Positions 16,692 through 24,414 of a DNA stretch of 64,000 bases are shown in pieces; the stretch's first letter is position 1; every line of letters begins with the position of its first letter. The DNA is from Escherichia phage SP27. The translations under genes and the position numbers were made by a program. The stretch lies in sequence record LC494302.1. One strand, 5' to 3'. The notes beneath the pieces were generated by a model. That model worked only from the letters and a program-made list of their open reading frames with translations, was not told where the DNA came from and did not search any database.

Positions 16692-16989
16692 ACTTACACC
16701 AAGACGAGAACGTCACTAACCCATAGGGTGCACAAATGTAACTGTATAATATTGATCAAAAAATGATCTGATCAATACTTGATCAATTTGCGTAAAGTAG
16801 TATAATTCTATGCAGTTGGTTAGACGAAAGGTTATGATTAGTAGTGCAAGTGTATAAAAATTTTCATGGTGTATCGTTCCGCACATATGGGGATGAATAT
16901 GTGGTATCATGTGGATTGGAAAAAGTAAGAACAAGTAATATTATTGTCGCATTACAGTACTATAGTATTTTTATAATGAGGTTAAAATA

Positions 16990-17247
16990 ATGGCTGTAGG
17001 ATTCGCGAAAGATGGGGCCGAACAAGACGAGATTAACGCAGTGATTCAGGCTGCCGTTAACCACGCTAGAAAGCAAATTAACGCACAAATAGAATCACTG
17101 ATACATTGCCTCGACTGCGGCGATATAATCCCTGAGAAACGACGCCAGGCCGTTAAGGGATGTAAGTACTGCATAACTTGCCAGGAGGATCATGATAGTA
17201 CTTTTAAACGTCCCCCGCGTAATTGTTGGCATAGATCTATGAGATAA
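16990..17247 (+). CDS. TraR/DksA-family C4 zinc-finger protein
   Basis: INAQ...CLDCGDIIPEKRRQAVKGCKYCITCQ matches the TraR core INAH...CEACGNPIPEARRKIFPGVTLCVECQ as I recall it. Confidence 0.75.
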   Translation: MAVGFAKDGAEQDEINAVIQAAVNHARKQINAQIESLIHCLDCGDIIPEKRRQAVKGCKYCITCQEDHDSTFKRPPRNCWHRSMR

Positions 17248-17253
17248 AAAGTA

Positions 17254-17281
17254 TTGACAGTACTGAAAGATAGTTTATAAT
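17254..17281 (+). promoter_or_regulatory. sigma70-like promoter
   Basis: TTGACAgtactgaaagatagttTATAAT. Confidence 0.55.
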
Positions 17282-17310
17282 ATTTTATATCTTAACTGAG
17301 GATTGAAATC

Positions 17311-17667
17311 ATGGGAATACAACATATCACGCGTACTACTGACAATGGCGAGATCACTGGCTATCAAGTACAGGGCAAAGTAGCACAATTGCAGTACTGG
17401 TTTGTTAAACGTGGAATCATTGCACCGGATCTTGATTATGACCGTGTAGCGTTTATTGATTCTCTTTATGTTGATCCTGATAGTCGGGGCAATGGTGAAG
17501 GTAACGAATTAATGAATGCCTTTATTGATGCCGCCGATGATTCAGATTGTATCATCTTAGAATGCGATACGGGAGAAGATAACGCCTTTAATCTTAAAGA
17601 ATGGTACGAAGGTTTCGGATTCGAGGTATTGATAGATAGTGAATATCCTATCATGATTTTATCATAG
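17311..17667 (+). CDS. GNAT-family acetyltransferase-like protein
   Basis: LYVDPDSRGNGEGNELMNAF resembles the acetyl-CoA-binding R/Q-x-x-G-x-G/A motif of GNAT enzymes; 118 aa. Confidence 0.45.
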   Translation: MGIQHITRTTDNGEITGYQVQGKVAQLQYWFVKRGIIAPDLDYDRVAFIDSLYVDPDSRGNGEGNELMNAFIDAADDSDCIILECDTGEDNAFNLKEWYEGFGFEVLIDSEYPIMILS

Positions 17668-17669
17668 TA

Positions 17670-17727
17670 CTTGCATTTAGTTTTCAGTACTGTTATAGTA
17701 CTTACATCAAGGGGAAACATCTTCCCC
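17670..17727 (+). promoter_or_regulatory. class I early promoter plus 5' stem-loop cassette
   Basis: TTGCAT 17670-17675, TATAGT -10; hairpin GGGGAAacatcTTCCCC 17711-17727. Confidence 0.55.
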
Positions 17728-17745
17728 TACTAAGAGGAAATGAAA

Positions 17746-17934
17746 ATGGAAAACTTATCAAGTATTTTAGTACAAGATGATTTCGGTAATCCTGGAAGTG
17801 CTATCATTGTTCGGGGCAATAAAGCAACGTTTGTTATTGCTGGTGGACCCGTACAGCGTAGCATTAAAAATAATGCTGTTACCATTAATAATGTACGCTA
17901 TCGCTTAGATAAAGAATTAATTCATAAACTGTAA
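17746..17934 (+). CDS. hypothetical protein
   Basis: start at second ATG (MENLSS), 7 nt after GAGGA. Confidence 0.5.
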   Translation: MENLSSILVQDDFGNPGSAIIVRGNKATFVIAGGPVQRSIKNNAVTINNVRYRLDKELIHKL

Positions 17935-17961
17935 TATTAATTTAATAGAGGATAACAATAA

Positions 17962-18285
17962 ATGTACATTCATACTACTATCACAAAGGAAGTCCGTTGC
18001 CAGTTCGAAAGTATTCCGGGCGTATGTTTCATCACTGGTACGTTTTCCCCTGGTGATCGTGATAATCCAGTACTGTTACAATTACGCCATCCATCATGGG
18101 ATAAAGCATTTGATCTACCGTTGAATGAATTCGCAACTACTGCTGAAAAGTACATTAAAAATATTCGCGAGAATGATCGACTATTCATTAATGCTTTTAG
18201 TGATTCCGCGTTAAGCGAGATCCACGGCGTATTGGTTGCAATCATGGAATCAATGCAGAAAACTAAATTCAAACAAGGTGAATAA
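17962..18285 (+). CDS. hypothetical protein
   Basis: 107 aa; GAGGATAA RBS region. Confidence 0.55.
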   Translation: MYIHTTITKEVRCQFESIPGVCFITGTFSPGDRDNPVLLQLRHPSWDKAFDLPLNEFATTAEKYIKNIRENDRLFINAFSDSALSEIHGVLVAIMESMQKTKFKQGE

Positions 18286-18291
18286 AAACTA

Positions 18292-18351
18292 TTGACAATA
18301 GATTATAGTACTGTATAATAAGTTACATGAAGGGGAGAAATGATTCTCCCC
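18292..18351 (+). promoter_or_regulatory. promoter plus 5' stem-loop cassette (TTGACA variant)
   Basis: TTGACA 18292-18297, TATAAT 18314-18319; hairpin GGGGAGAAatgaTTCTCCCC 18332-18351. Confidence 0.65.
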
Positions 18352-18368
18352 ACTGAGAGGAAAGAAAA

Positions 18369-18581
18369 ATGCAAGGTCAACTAATCGTTCGTAAATGGTC
18401 TGATACTAACGAAAAACCGTGGGATGTACAATACATCGGACCGGATGGGGTATCACGTTATCAGCCTGGCGTAACGCATAGTACTGAGCAATATGCCGCC
18501 GCTCACCGCGAACGCCTGTTAGAATCCATGAAACAGGGATTCTGTGAAAAATTCATTCAAGATCATTGGCTGAAAGATTAA
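18369..18581 (+). CDS. hypothetical protein
   Basis: 70 aa. Confidence 0.55.
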   Translation: MQGQLIVRKWSDTNEKPWDVQYIGPDGVSRYQPGVTHSTEQYAAAHRERLLESMKQGFCEKFIQDHWLKD

Positions 18582-18598
18582 TAGAAGGAGTACAGCTT

Positions 18599-18691
18599 AT
18601 GCAAATGAATCCGATGATTATTGTTTTAGCTGTACTTATGATCATTCATGCAATTGTAGAAGTATTAACGCAATCAGGAGTAATAAAATGA
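18599..18691 (+). CDS. possible small membrane peptide (30 aa)
   Basis: read by hand: MQMNPMIIVLAVLMIIHAIVEVLTQSGVIK; AAGGAG RBS 8 nt upstream. Confidence 0.4.
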   Translation: MQMNPMIIVLAVLMIIHAIVEVLTQSGVIK

Positions 18692-18861
18692 TTCAAGTAG
18701 AATTATCAGTACTGAAAGATCTGTTTTATCGGTTAGGTACTACTGGAGAGTATCCTAAAAGTGATACCGCAAAACTTTTTGTATCACTCGATTTATGGCA
18801 ACGCGAACAATTAGTAATGTCCTGGCGTAAAGGTAAAGCAGATAGCGAGGTGAAAGCATGA
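18688..18861 (+). CDS. hypothetical small protein (57 aa)
   Basis: ATGA overlap with previous; read by hand. Confidence 0.4.
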   Translation: MIQVELSVLKDLFYRLGTTGEYPKSDTAKLFVSLDLWQREQLVMSWRKGKADSEVKA

Positions 18862-19007
18862 AAGAATTCTTATTCGAAGTAGTGTTTCAAGGTGTCGGTA
18901 GTAATCAATTGATTCGCTCAAGTGGTTACAATGTTAACCAGGCATGGAATAACATTAAACAAATGTACCCGAACGCTATCACATATCGCAACCCAAAAGA
19001 AGTTTAA
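18858..19007 (+). CDS. hypothetical small protein (49 aa)
   Basis: ATGA overlap with previous; read by hand. Confidence 0.4.
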   Translation: MKEFLFEVVFQGVGSNQLIRSSGYNVNQAWNNIKQMYPNAITYRNPKEV

Positions 19008-19021
19008 AAATAATTGAAAAA

Positions 19022-19043
19022 GGGATTGACTCCGGTCAGTCCC
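19022..19043 (+). terminator. intrinsic terminator (first part of repeated intergenic module)
   Basis: GGGATTGAC-TCCG-GTCAGTCCC hairpin preceded by A-run, followed by TTTGC. Confidence 0.55.
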
Positions 19044-19145
19044 TTTGCTATTATATACGCATAGAAACAAATCAGCCCACCGGGTGCATAAATGTATCTA
19101 TTGTTTGCTGGTGGCTAGTACTGAAAACTATTTTTAAAAAAGTAC

Positions 19146-19173
19146 TTGCATTGTACTTAGAATCAAGTATAAT
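19146..19173 (+). promoter_or_regulatory. class I early promoter
   Basis: AAAAAGTACTTGCATtgtacttagaatcaaGTATAATGTTTTACATC. Confidence 0.65.
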
Positions 19174-19182
19174 GTTTTACAT

Positions 19183-19251
19183 CAGGACGGGGAACGAAAC
19201 AAGTAACCCCGTTAAGTAGTCCAGGAGTAAGACATACGAAAAACTCCCCTG
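19183..19251 (+). other. conserved structured RNA-like element, copy 2
   Basis: near-identical to 8206-8277 with a few substitutions; same flanking promoter arrangement. Confidence 0.4.
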
Positions 19252-19261
19252 ATAAAATAGT

Positions 19262-19289
19262 TTGACAATAGAAAGTAAACGAGTATAAT
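19262..19289 (+). promoter_or_regulatory. sigma70-like promoter
   Basis: TTGACA 19262-19267, 16 bp spacer, TATAAT 19284-19289. Confidence 0.6.
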
Positions 19290-19322
19290 ACTTACATCAA
19301 CCACTGATAAGGAAACATAAAA

Positions 19323-19598
19323 ATGCGGATTCTACTGACAGCTAACGAAATCGAACAAGTACTGACTACTAACCTGGAAGACTGGAAACGTGAAGCAGAT
19401 ATCCAGGCGGTTCAATGGTTAAATGATAAGTTAACGCCGGATGACTTAAGCAAGATTGTAGATCCTCAATTCTACGAAGATATCCACGACACCGCGTTAA
19501 GCGTCGAGGATGTACTAGATAAGCACTTTATTGATACTGATTTGCAGGTTTACGGTCGTAAAAACTTTATCACTATTCACGACATTTACAATAATTAA
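19323..19598 (+). CDS. hypothetical acidic protein
   Basis: 91 aa. Confidence 0.55.
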   Translation: MRILLTANEIEQVLTTNLEDWKREADIQAVQWLNDKLTPDDLSKIVDPQFYEDIHDTALSVEDVLDKHFIDTDLQVYGRKNFITIHDIYNN

Positions 19599-19601
19599 GT
19601 A

Positions 19602-19664
19602 TTGACAAAGTATCTTAGTACTGTATAATAGTTTACATCGAGTGAGGGGAAACGGTTCCCCTCC
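19602..19664 (+). promoter_or_regulatory. promoter plus 5' stem-loop cassette
   Basis: TTGACA 19602-19607, TATAAT 19624-19629; hairpin GAGGGGAAacggTTCCCCTC. Confidence 0.65.
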
Positions 19665-19686
19665 TAACAAAGAGAGAGAAATAAAA

Positions 19687-19869
19687 ATGGCTAAGTGCAC
19701 TATCTGCAAGAAAGAAATAGTATTAGTTCCAAGTGCCCGTGAACGTGCCGCTCGGTTCGGTGGCAAAGCGTCAGACTATACAAAAATGTTTACTGCCCAT
19801 ACAGCTTGCCAGGTAGCAAAACGTTCACAAGAAAGCGTAGAATTAATGCGTAAACTTTCCAAAAAATAA
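19687..19869 (+). CDS. hypothetical small protein with CxxC...HxxC
   Basis: start at ATG 19687 (MAKCTICKK); possible zinc-binding residues. Confidence 0.5.
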   Translation: MAKCTICKKEIVLVPSARERAARFGGKASDYTKMFTAHTACQVAKRSQESVELMRKLSKK

Positions 19870-19871
19870 GT

Positions 19872-19933
19872 ATTGACAAAGTATCTTAGTACTGTATAAT
19901 AGTTTACATCAAGTGAGGGGAATGGTTCCCCTC
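19872..19933 (+). promoter_or_regulatory. promoter plus 5' stem-loop cassette (near-duplicate of the 19602 cassette)
   Basis: identical GTATTGACAAAGTATCTTAGTACTGTATAATAGTTTACATC; hairpin GAGGGGAAtggTTCCCCTC. Confidence 0.65.
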
Positions 19934-19956
19934 CTAACTAAAAGAGAGAAATAAAA

Positions 19957-20280
19957 ATGGCTATGATCCTTGCCCAGAAAGTAGAATTGAAAATTGTAAC
20001 CTCCTTTGACATTAACGTTAATCGGTGGACTGATTCACACGGCAATACTTACCACTCTTGCTACGTGTCTGCGTTAATTGGCGACCGCTGGGAAGACCTG
20101 GGACACGAAACCTTTACATACGGTTACGGTACACAAGGCGAATACACGGGCTTGGAGATCATTAAAGAAACCGTTATAGGTTTCAACCCGAAAGAAAAAG
20201 TTATTCACCGCATCGAGGAAGAGATCAACAAAGAAATAACAGTTCGCTACCACGATGTAAAACGTAAGAAAGACATGTAA
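19957..20280 (+). CDS. hypothetical protein, paralog of 13074..13418
   Basis: shares GNTY, YGYG and DVKRKKD. Confidence 0.6.
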   Translation: MAMILAQKVELKIVTSFDINVNRWTDSHGNTYHSCYVSALIGDRWEDLGHETFTYGYGTQGEYTGLEIIKETVIGFNPKEKVIHRIEEEINKEITVRYHDVKRKKDM

Positions 20281-20302
20281 TAGAATCCATTTAAAGTACT
20301 AT

Positions 20303-20331
20303 TTGACATTGCCCAGATAGTACTTTATAAT
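20303..20331 (+). promoter_or_regulatory. sigma70-like promoter
   Basis: TTGACAttgcccagatagtacttTATAAT. Confidence 0.5.
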
Positions 20332-20375
20332 AGACTCTAACTTGTAGTACTAACTCAACTAATAGGATGTATACC

Positions 20376-20771
20376 ATGATTACTAAATTCTACGCTACCC
20401 GTGAAGCTGCCCGTATTGTTGCACGCGAGGAAGGCGAAACATTTAAAGACATGGGCAAAGATGCACCGAAAGGTCAACGCTGGGCCGTACAGTTCAAAGA
20501 GATCTCTGATATTGTGAATTCACCGGAGCCAGTACTAACAGCAGCAGAACTAAAACGAGCGGATTTACTGGCGTCAATACTTGATGCACAAGATGAGTTT
20601 ATCGCTGATTCTGATATCAAAGTACAGACAAACCACACCGCTTGGACTCACGCGGATCACCTGGCAAACCTTAAGCGTCCAAGTGAACTGATTCGCAACC
20701 AGAAAGAGATCCGACACGACCGTAAGGGTAATCGTGTAACAGTATACAGTAAACGCCGCCAGGTTATCTAA
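20376..20771 (+). CDS. hypothetical protein, paralog of 7335..7601
   Basis: start at ATG 20376 (MITKFYATREAARIVAR); C-term HDRKGNRVTVY. Confidence 0.6.
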   Translation: MITKFYATREAARIVAREEGETFKDMGKDAPKGQRWAVQFKEISDIVNSPEPVLTAAELKRADLLASILDAQDEFIADSDIKVQTNHTAWTHADHLANLKRPSELIRNQKEIRHDRKGNRVTVYSKRRQVI

Positions 20772-20803
20772 TAACTTGCAGTACTAACAACACGGCGGGA
20801 TCA

Positions 20804-20829
20804 GTTCCCGCCTTTTTTATAGGACAAAC
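20804..20829 (+). terminator. intrinsic terminator
   Basis: GGCGGGAtcagTTCCCGCC followed by TTTTTT. Confidence 0.7.
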
Positions 20830-20832
20830 AAA

Positions 20833-21087
20833 ATGATTAAGGTTCAACTATATAAAGATAACATCTTACGGGTACACTATAAAGCACCTCAGAGAATCAT
20901 CACAAAGGCCGTACAGCTTGCAAATGAGTTTATTAATGGTAACCTATTACCTAGGAAGTTAAGCAACGGGAAACTGCGTGTAATCGACGTGGACACTAAC
21001 AACAGGATAGTAATCGAGAACACAGGAAAGATAAACCTTTATGAGCATCAACAATACAATAAGAAAATAAAACTAATATCACGTTGA
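20833..21087 (+). CDS. hypothetical protein
   Basis: 84 aa. Confidence 0.5.
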   Translation: MIKVQLYKDNILRVHYKAPQRIITKAVQLANEFINGNLLPRKLSNGKLRVIDVDTNNRIVIENTGKINLYEHQQYNKKIKLISR

Positions 21088-21140
21088 CAGTACTCAAATG
21101 TTTTAGTACTATATGTACATACCAACACGGGGGAAACAAA

Positions 21141-21383
21141 ATGATTACTTTAGAAAAACGTATCAAAGAAACTACATCGCTGGTGGAACTGTTAACAGTA
21201 CTCAAATGTAAAACAACACCATTCAGCACGCCGGACTTTATTAATATGGTTGATGTTAATGGTCGCTATCGTATCACGGTCGAACAAGGAGCGGCGAAAG
21301 TATTCAGTACTAAAAACACGAAGGAAGTGATCCACGCCGTTAATGTTAAAAAAGTAGTTGCCATTGATAGTAAAGTACTGTAA
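21141..21383 (+). CDS. hypothetical protein
   Basis: start at ATG 21141 (MITLEKRIKE). Confidence 0.5.
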   Translation: MITLEKRIKETTSLVELLTVLKCKTTPFSTPDFINMVDVNGRYRITVEQGAAKVFSTKNTKEVIHAVNVKKVVAIDSKVL

Positions 21384-21414
21384 GATAGTTACATTAACTC
21401 AAGGAGAACATGCA

Positions 21415-21999
21415 ATGCGTAATTATACTAAATTCATCCGTACACTGTCAGAAATGGAAACCAACAAAGAGATCCTTTCAGCTTGTCGGTTAGCTGGCCT
21501 GGAGATCATCGGTGCTGGTTCTTCCCGTATAGTTTTCGCTTTAAATGATCGGTTAGTGATTAAGGTCGCGAATTGTGATGCGGGTGTAGAACAAAATGAA
21601 ACTGAATGTAAGGTATGGAATTTTTTAGACTATGACCGCCCTCAGTTGAAACAGTACTTTGCAAAGGTGCATATGCATTTATGCGATCCTGATAATATGT
21701 TTATCGTTATGGATCGGTTGAGTACTGCAAGTAAAGGCAGTGTGAAGCACGTAAACGCGTGCAATGAATTAAAGTACAATATTAAACGTAATGCAATCGA
21801 CCGCCAGCACCGCTTTGCTGATGCACTACAACACGTTGATGATACATTATCAACACTAACGATAAGAGATATCAGAAAACAGAATATCGGCCAGGATCGT
21901 AATGGACTTATTAAAGTACTTGATTACGGTTTAACCAGCAATATCTGGAATCAGTACTATAAAAAGCGTGATGTGGCAGCAAGTAAGGTAACACGATAA
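21415..21999 (+). CDS. protein-kinase-like protein (putative small Ser/Thr kinase)
   Basis: IGAGSSRIVF (Gly loop), VIKV (beta3 Lys), RDIRKQNIG (catalytic-loop-like) and KVLDYG (DFG-like) in canonical order; start at ATG 21415 after AAGGAG. Confidence 0.5.
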   Translation: MRNYTKFIRTLSEMETNKEILSACRLAGLEIIGAGSSRIVFALNDRLVIKVANCDAGVEQNETECKVWNFLDYDRPQLKQYFAKVHMHLCDPDNMFIVMDRLSTASKGSVKHVNACNELKYNIKRNAIDRQHRFADALQHVDDTLSTLTIRDIRKQNIGQDRNGLIKVLDYGLTSNIWNQYYKKRDVAASKVTR

Positions 22000-22013
22000 A
22001 AAAGATTAAAAAA

Positions 22014-22035
22014 GGGATTGACTCCGGTCAGTCCC
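22014..22035 (+). terminator. intrinsic terminator (first part of repeated intergenic module)
   Basis: GGGATTGAC-TCCG-GTCAGTCCC hairpin, identical to copies at 19022 and 24270. Confidence 0.55.
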
Positions 22036-22140
22036 TTTGCTATTATATATCCATTGAGAGATAACTCACTGACCCATAGGGTGCGGAAGTGTATCTATTA
22101 TATAAGTATTCAGTACTGAAAACTATTTTTAAAAAAGTAC

Positions 22141-22202
22141 TTGCATTGTACTTAGAATCAAGTATAATGTTTTATATCGAGAGGGGAAATGGTTCTCCCT
22201 GG
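22141..22202 (+). promoter_or_regulatory. class I early promoter plus 5' stem-loop cassette
   Basis: TTGCAT 22141-22146, TATAAT 22163-22168; hairpin AGGGGAAatggTTCTCCCT. Confidence 0.6.
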
Positions 22203-22219
22203 CAATAAGGAATAAAATC

Positions 22220-22441
22220 ATGACTACAATGACTTGCATTTACGCTTCCAATCTACTGAATGATGCGGCCTTTAATGTTGATTCAGAATATCAATGTTAT
22301 CGGGATGAAAATAAAAAAGTTTTTGTAGTTGATAATAATGGTTTCCATATTGAATTACAATCCGGCTTCACTGGTGTTGATGGTAAATCAGTATGGGGCG
22401 TACAGGATGATAAAGGCACATATCATTTTAAACGTAATTAA
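22220..22441 (+). CDS. hypothetical protein
   Basis: 73 aa. Confidence 0.55.
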   Translation: MTTMTCIYASNLLNDAAFNVDSEYQCYRDENKKVFVVDNNGFHIELQSGFTGVDGKSVWGVQDDKGTYHFKRN

Positions 22442-22444
22442 GTA

Positions 22445-22503
22445 TTGACAAAGTATACCAGTACTGTATAATAGTTTACATCAAGGGGAGAATAGTTCTC
22501 CCC
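22445..22503 (+). promoter_or_regulatory. promoter plus 5' stem-loop cassette
   Basis: TTGACA 22445-22450, TATAAT 22467-22472; hairpin GGGGAGAAtagTTCTCCCC 22485-22503. Confidence 0.65.
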
Positions 22504-22525
22504 GATACTAAAAGGAAACAAAATT

Positions 22526-22798
22526 ATGTCCAGCTACTCCGCTACTATGATCATTAAAGATATGAACGGTAATCCTACTTCTGCTGGTGGATCATTTGGA
22601 AACATTAATTTAGATGGTCGGTTATCCATGCAATCAGCAATCGATGCAGCGAAAGAAGTTTTTAAGAATGAATGTACTGTTAGTAAGCTGGATTATATGG
22701 GATTTGCTATCGAAAAAACTAATCGTTTTGTGGACTACAAAAAACCACTGATGATTGATACTAACCTGAAAGCAAACGAAGTGGAGTACTTATTATGA
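22526..22798 (+). CDS. hypothetical protein
   Basis: 90 aa. Confidence 0.55.
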   Translation: MSSYSATMIIKDMNGNPTSAGGSFGNINLDGRLSMQSAIDAAKEVFKNECTVSKLDYMGFAIEKTNRFVDYKKPLMIDTNLKANEVEYLL

Positions 22799-22986
22799 CA
22801 GTTGAAGAAGTTAAAAAAGTACTGGCAGTACTACGCTATCATAATCATTGTAAGGTGAAGAATGATCCTGATTATCTTGATTCATCCCTGGAAGAGGATA
22901 CACTACAAGCAATAAGCCATATGCAAACATTAGCAAAGCGTATGACCGAAAAGAATAGACCGGACTATATCGGAAATAAAATTTAA
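22795..22986 (+). CDS. hypothetical protein
   Basis: ATGA overlap with previous gene. Confidence 0.5.
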   Translation: MTVEEVKKVLAVLRYHNHCKVKNDPDYLDSSLEEDTLQAISHMQTLAKRMTEKNRPDYIGNKI

Positions 22987-22993
22987 AAAGTAC

Positions 22994-23054
22994 TTGCATT
23001 GTAGTTAGATTAACGTATAATGTTTTACATAGAGCGGGGGAATAGTTCTCCCGC
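22994..23054 (+). promoter_or_regulatory. class I early promoter plus 5' stem-loop cassette
   Basis: TTGCAT 22994-22999, TATAAT 23016-23021; hairpin GCGGGGGAAtagTTCTCCCGC. Confidence 0.65.
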
Positions 23055-23072
23055 CAGTCCAGGAGATACACC

Positions 23073-23336
23073 ATGAACACTATCGAAATCACTATCAATG
23101 CACACGTATACGACAACGTAATCATGCAAACTACTATGACCGCTAATGATACCAGTACTTTGCGGAATACTGTTATTAGTGCCGTATGTGCCGCTATCGG
23201 TGATGTCGCCCTGGAAAATGCAGAACATATCAACAACGGTTTCACTATGTGCAAGCGTGATAACGCAAAACATATCATCGTAGAAGGTTACGGCGGTGTA
23301 GAATTTAATGTTTATATGAAAAAAGTACTTGCATAA
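23073..23336 (+). CDS. hypothetical protein
   Basis: 87 aa. Confidence 0.55.
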   Translation: MNTIEITINAHVYDNVIMQTTMTANDTSTLRNTVISAVCAAIGDVALENAEHINNGFTMCKRDNAKHIIVEGYGGVEFNVYMKKVLA

Positions 23337-23385
23337 TAACTAAAACAAAGTATAATGTTTTGCATAGGGGGAGATATCCTCCCCC
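23329..23385 (+). promoter_or_regulatory. class I early promoter plus 5' stem-loop cassette
   Basis: TTGCAT 23329-23334, TATAAT 23351-23356; hairpin GGGGGAGatatcCTCCCCC. Confidence 0.6.
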
Positions 23386-23403
23386 ACTAAAAGGAGTAAT
23401 AAA

Positions 23404-23628
23404 ATGGCTAACTTTGATGAACTGATGCGGGAAGTAGCTAACCTGGCAGAAGAGAAGAAATCATTCGATTCTATCTATAACACCGCTCATCGTGATTCAG
23501 TACTGGCATGTACTCAGGATCAAAAAGATGAACTAATCGCCACCTATCATGAAGCATGGAAGTACTACCGACAATGGGAGAAAGAAGAAAGAGAGTCTAC
23601 CATTGACGGCCTCAACAATCTAATCTAA
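23404..23628 (+). CDS. hypothetical protein
   Basis: 74 aa. Confidence 0.55.
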   Translation: MANFDELMREVANLAEEKKSFDSIYNTAHRDSVLACTQDQKDELIATYHEAWKYYRQWEKEERESTIDGLNNLI

Positions 23629-23647
23629 AAGTTTTATTTCAGTACTA

Positions 23648-23676
23648 TTGACATAGCTTGATAGTACTGATGTAAT
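23648..23676 (+). promoter_or_regulatory. class II promoter
   Basis: CAGTACTATTGACAtagcttgatAGTACTGATGTAAT. Confidence 0.5.
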
Positions 23677-23704
23677 AACTTTACTAACTACAAGGGGAAA
23701 CATA

Positions 23705-23962
23705 ATGGAACAGTTCACACAATATCGGGTAAATCCTCAAGCTATGGCCTACGTAGAAGACCATAAAACATTACCAGTACTAACACCAATTAAAGGCCAT
23801 ATCTATCGTGCAATGTCATGGAATACCGCCCAGGATGGATATACTACCGCTGGCGTGGGTATGTATTGCGGGAATGGTGAATGGTTTGATCCAAATAATC
23901 CGGTAGCCATTGACAGTACTGAAAAAATGAAATGGGCCGACTACATCGAAGATATTTCATAA
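23705..23962 (+). CDS. hypothetical protein
   Basis: 85 aa. Confidence 0.55.
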   Translation: MEQFTQYRVNPQAMAYVEDHKTLPVLTPIKGHIYRAMSWNTAQDGYTTAGVGMYCGNGEWFDPNNPVAIDSTEKMKWADYIEDIS

Positions 23963-23968
23963 AACTAT

Positions 23969-24029
23969 TTGACAGTACTAACCAGTAATGTATAATGTTT
24001 TACATAGAGCGGGGGAATAGTTCTCCCGC
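23969..24029 (+). promoter_or_regulatory. promoter plus 5' stem-loop cassette
   Basis: TTGACA 23969-23974, TATAAT 23991-23996; hairpin GCGGGGGAAtagTTCTCCCGC, identical to the one at 23034. Confidence 0.65.
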
Positions 24030-24051
24030 CAATAGTTTGGAGTAAAACATT

Positions 24052-24252
24052 ATGTCTATCGCTATCGCCCTGGTTGAAGTACTGAAAGAAGCTAAAGCCA
24101 ACCAGATCGACGTAAAGATCCAGGAACTACAAAACGGCGTAATCGGCTGTACTTGTACCGCTGGTGGAGCGGCAGACTATCGAGAACACGAATCACTCGA
24201 ATCACTGGTTCGGTATCTTACCATGATCGTTGATGATTGGAGAATCATCTAA
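24052..24252 (+). CDS. hypothetical protein
   Basis: 66 aa. Confidence 0.55.
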   Translation: MSIAIALVEVLKEAKANQIDVKIQELQNGVIGCTCTAGGAADYREHESLESLVRYLTMIVDDWRII

Positions 24253-24269
24253 CAAAAAAGAATAAAAAA

Positions 24270-24291
24270 GGGATTGACTCCGGTCAGTCCC
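24270..24291 (+). terminator. intrinsic terminator (first part of repeated intergenic module)
   Basis: GGGATTGAC-TCCG-GTCAGTCCC hairpin. Confidence 0.55.
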
Positions 24292-24414
24292 TTTGCTATT
24301 ATATACGCATAGACAAAAACTAGCCCACAGGGTGCATAGGTGTATCTAAAATATATGGTTAATAACGGTGAGTAACTATCTGCTGGTGGAGTGAAAACTA
24401 TTAATAAAAAAGTA

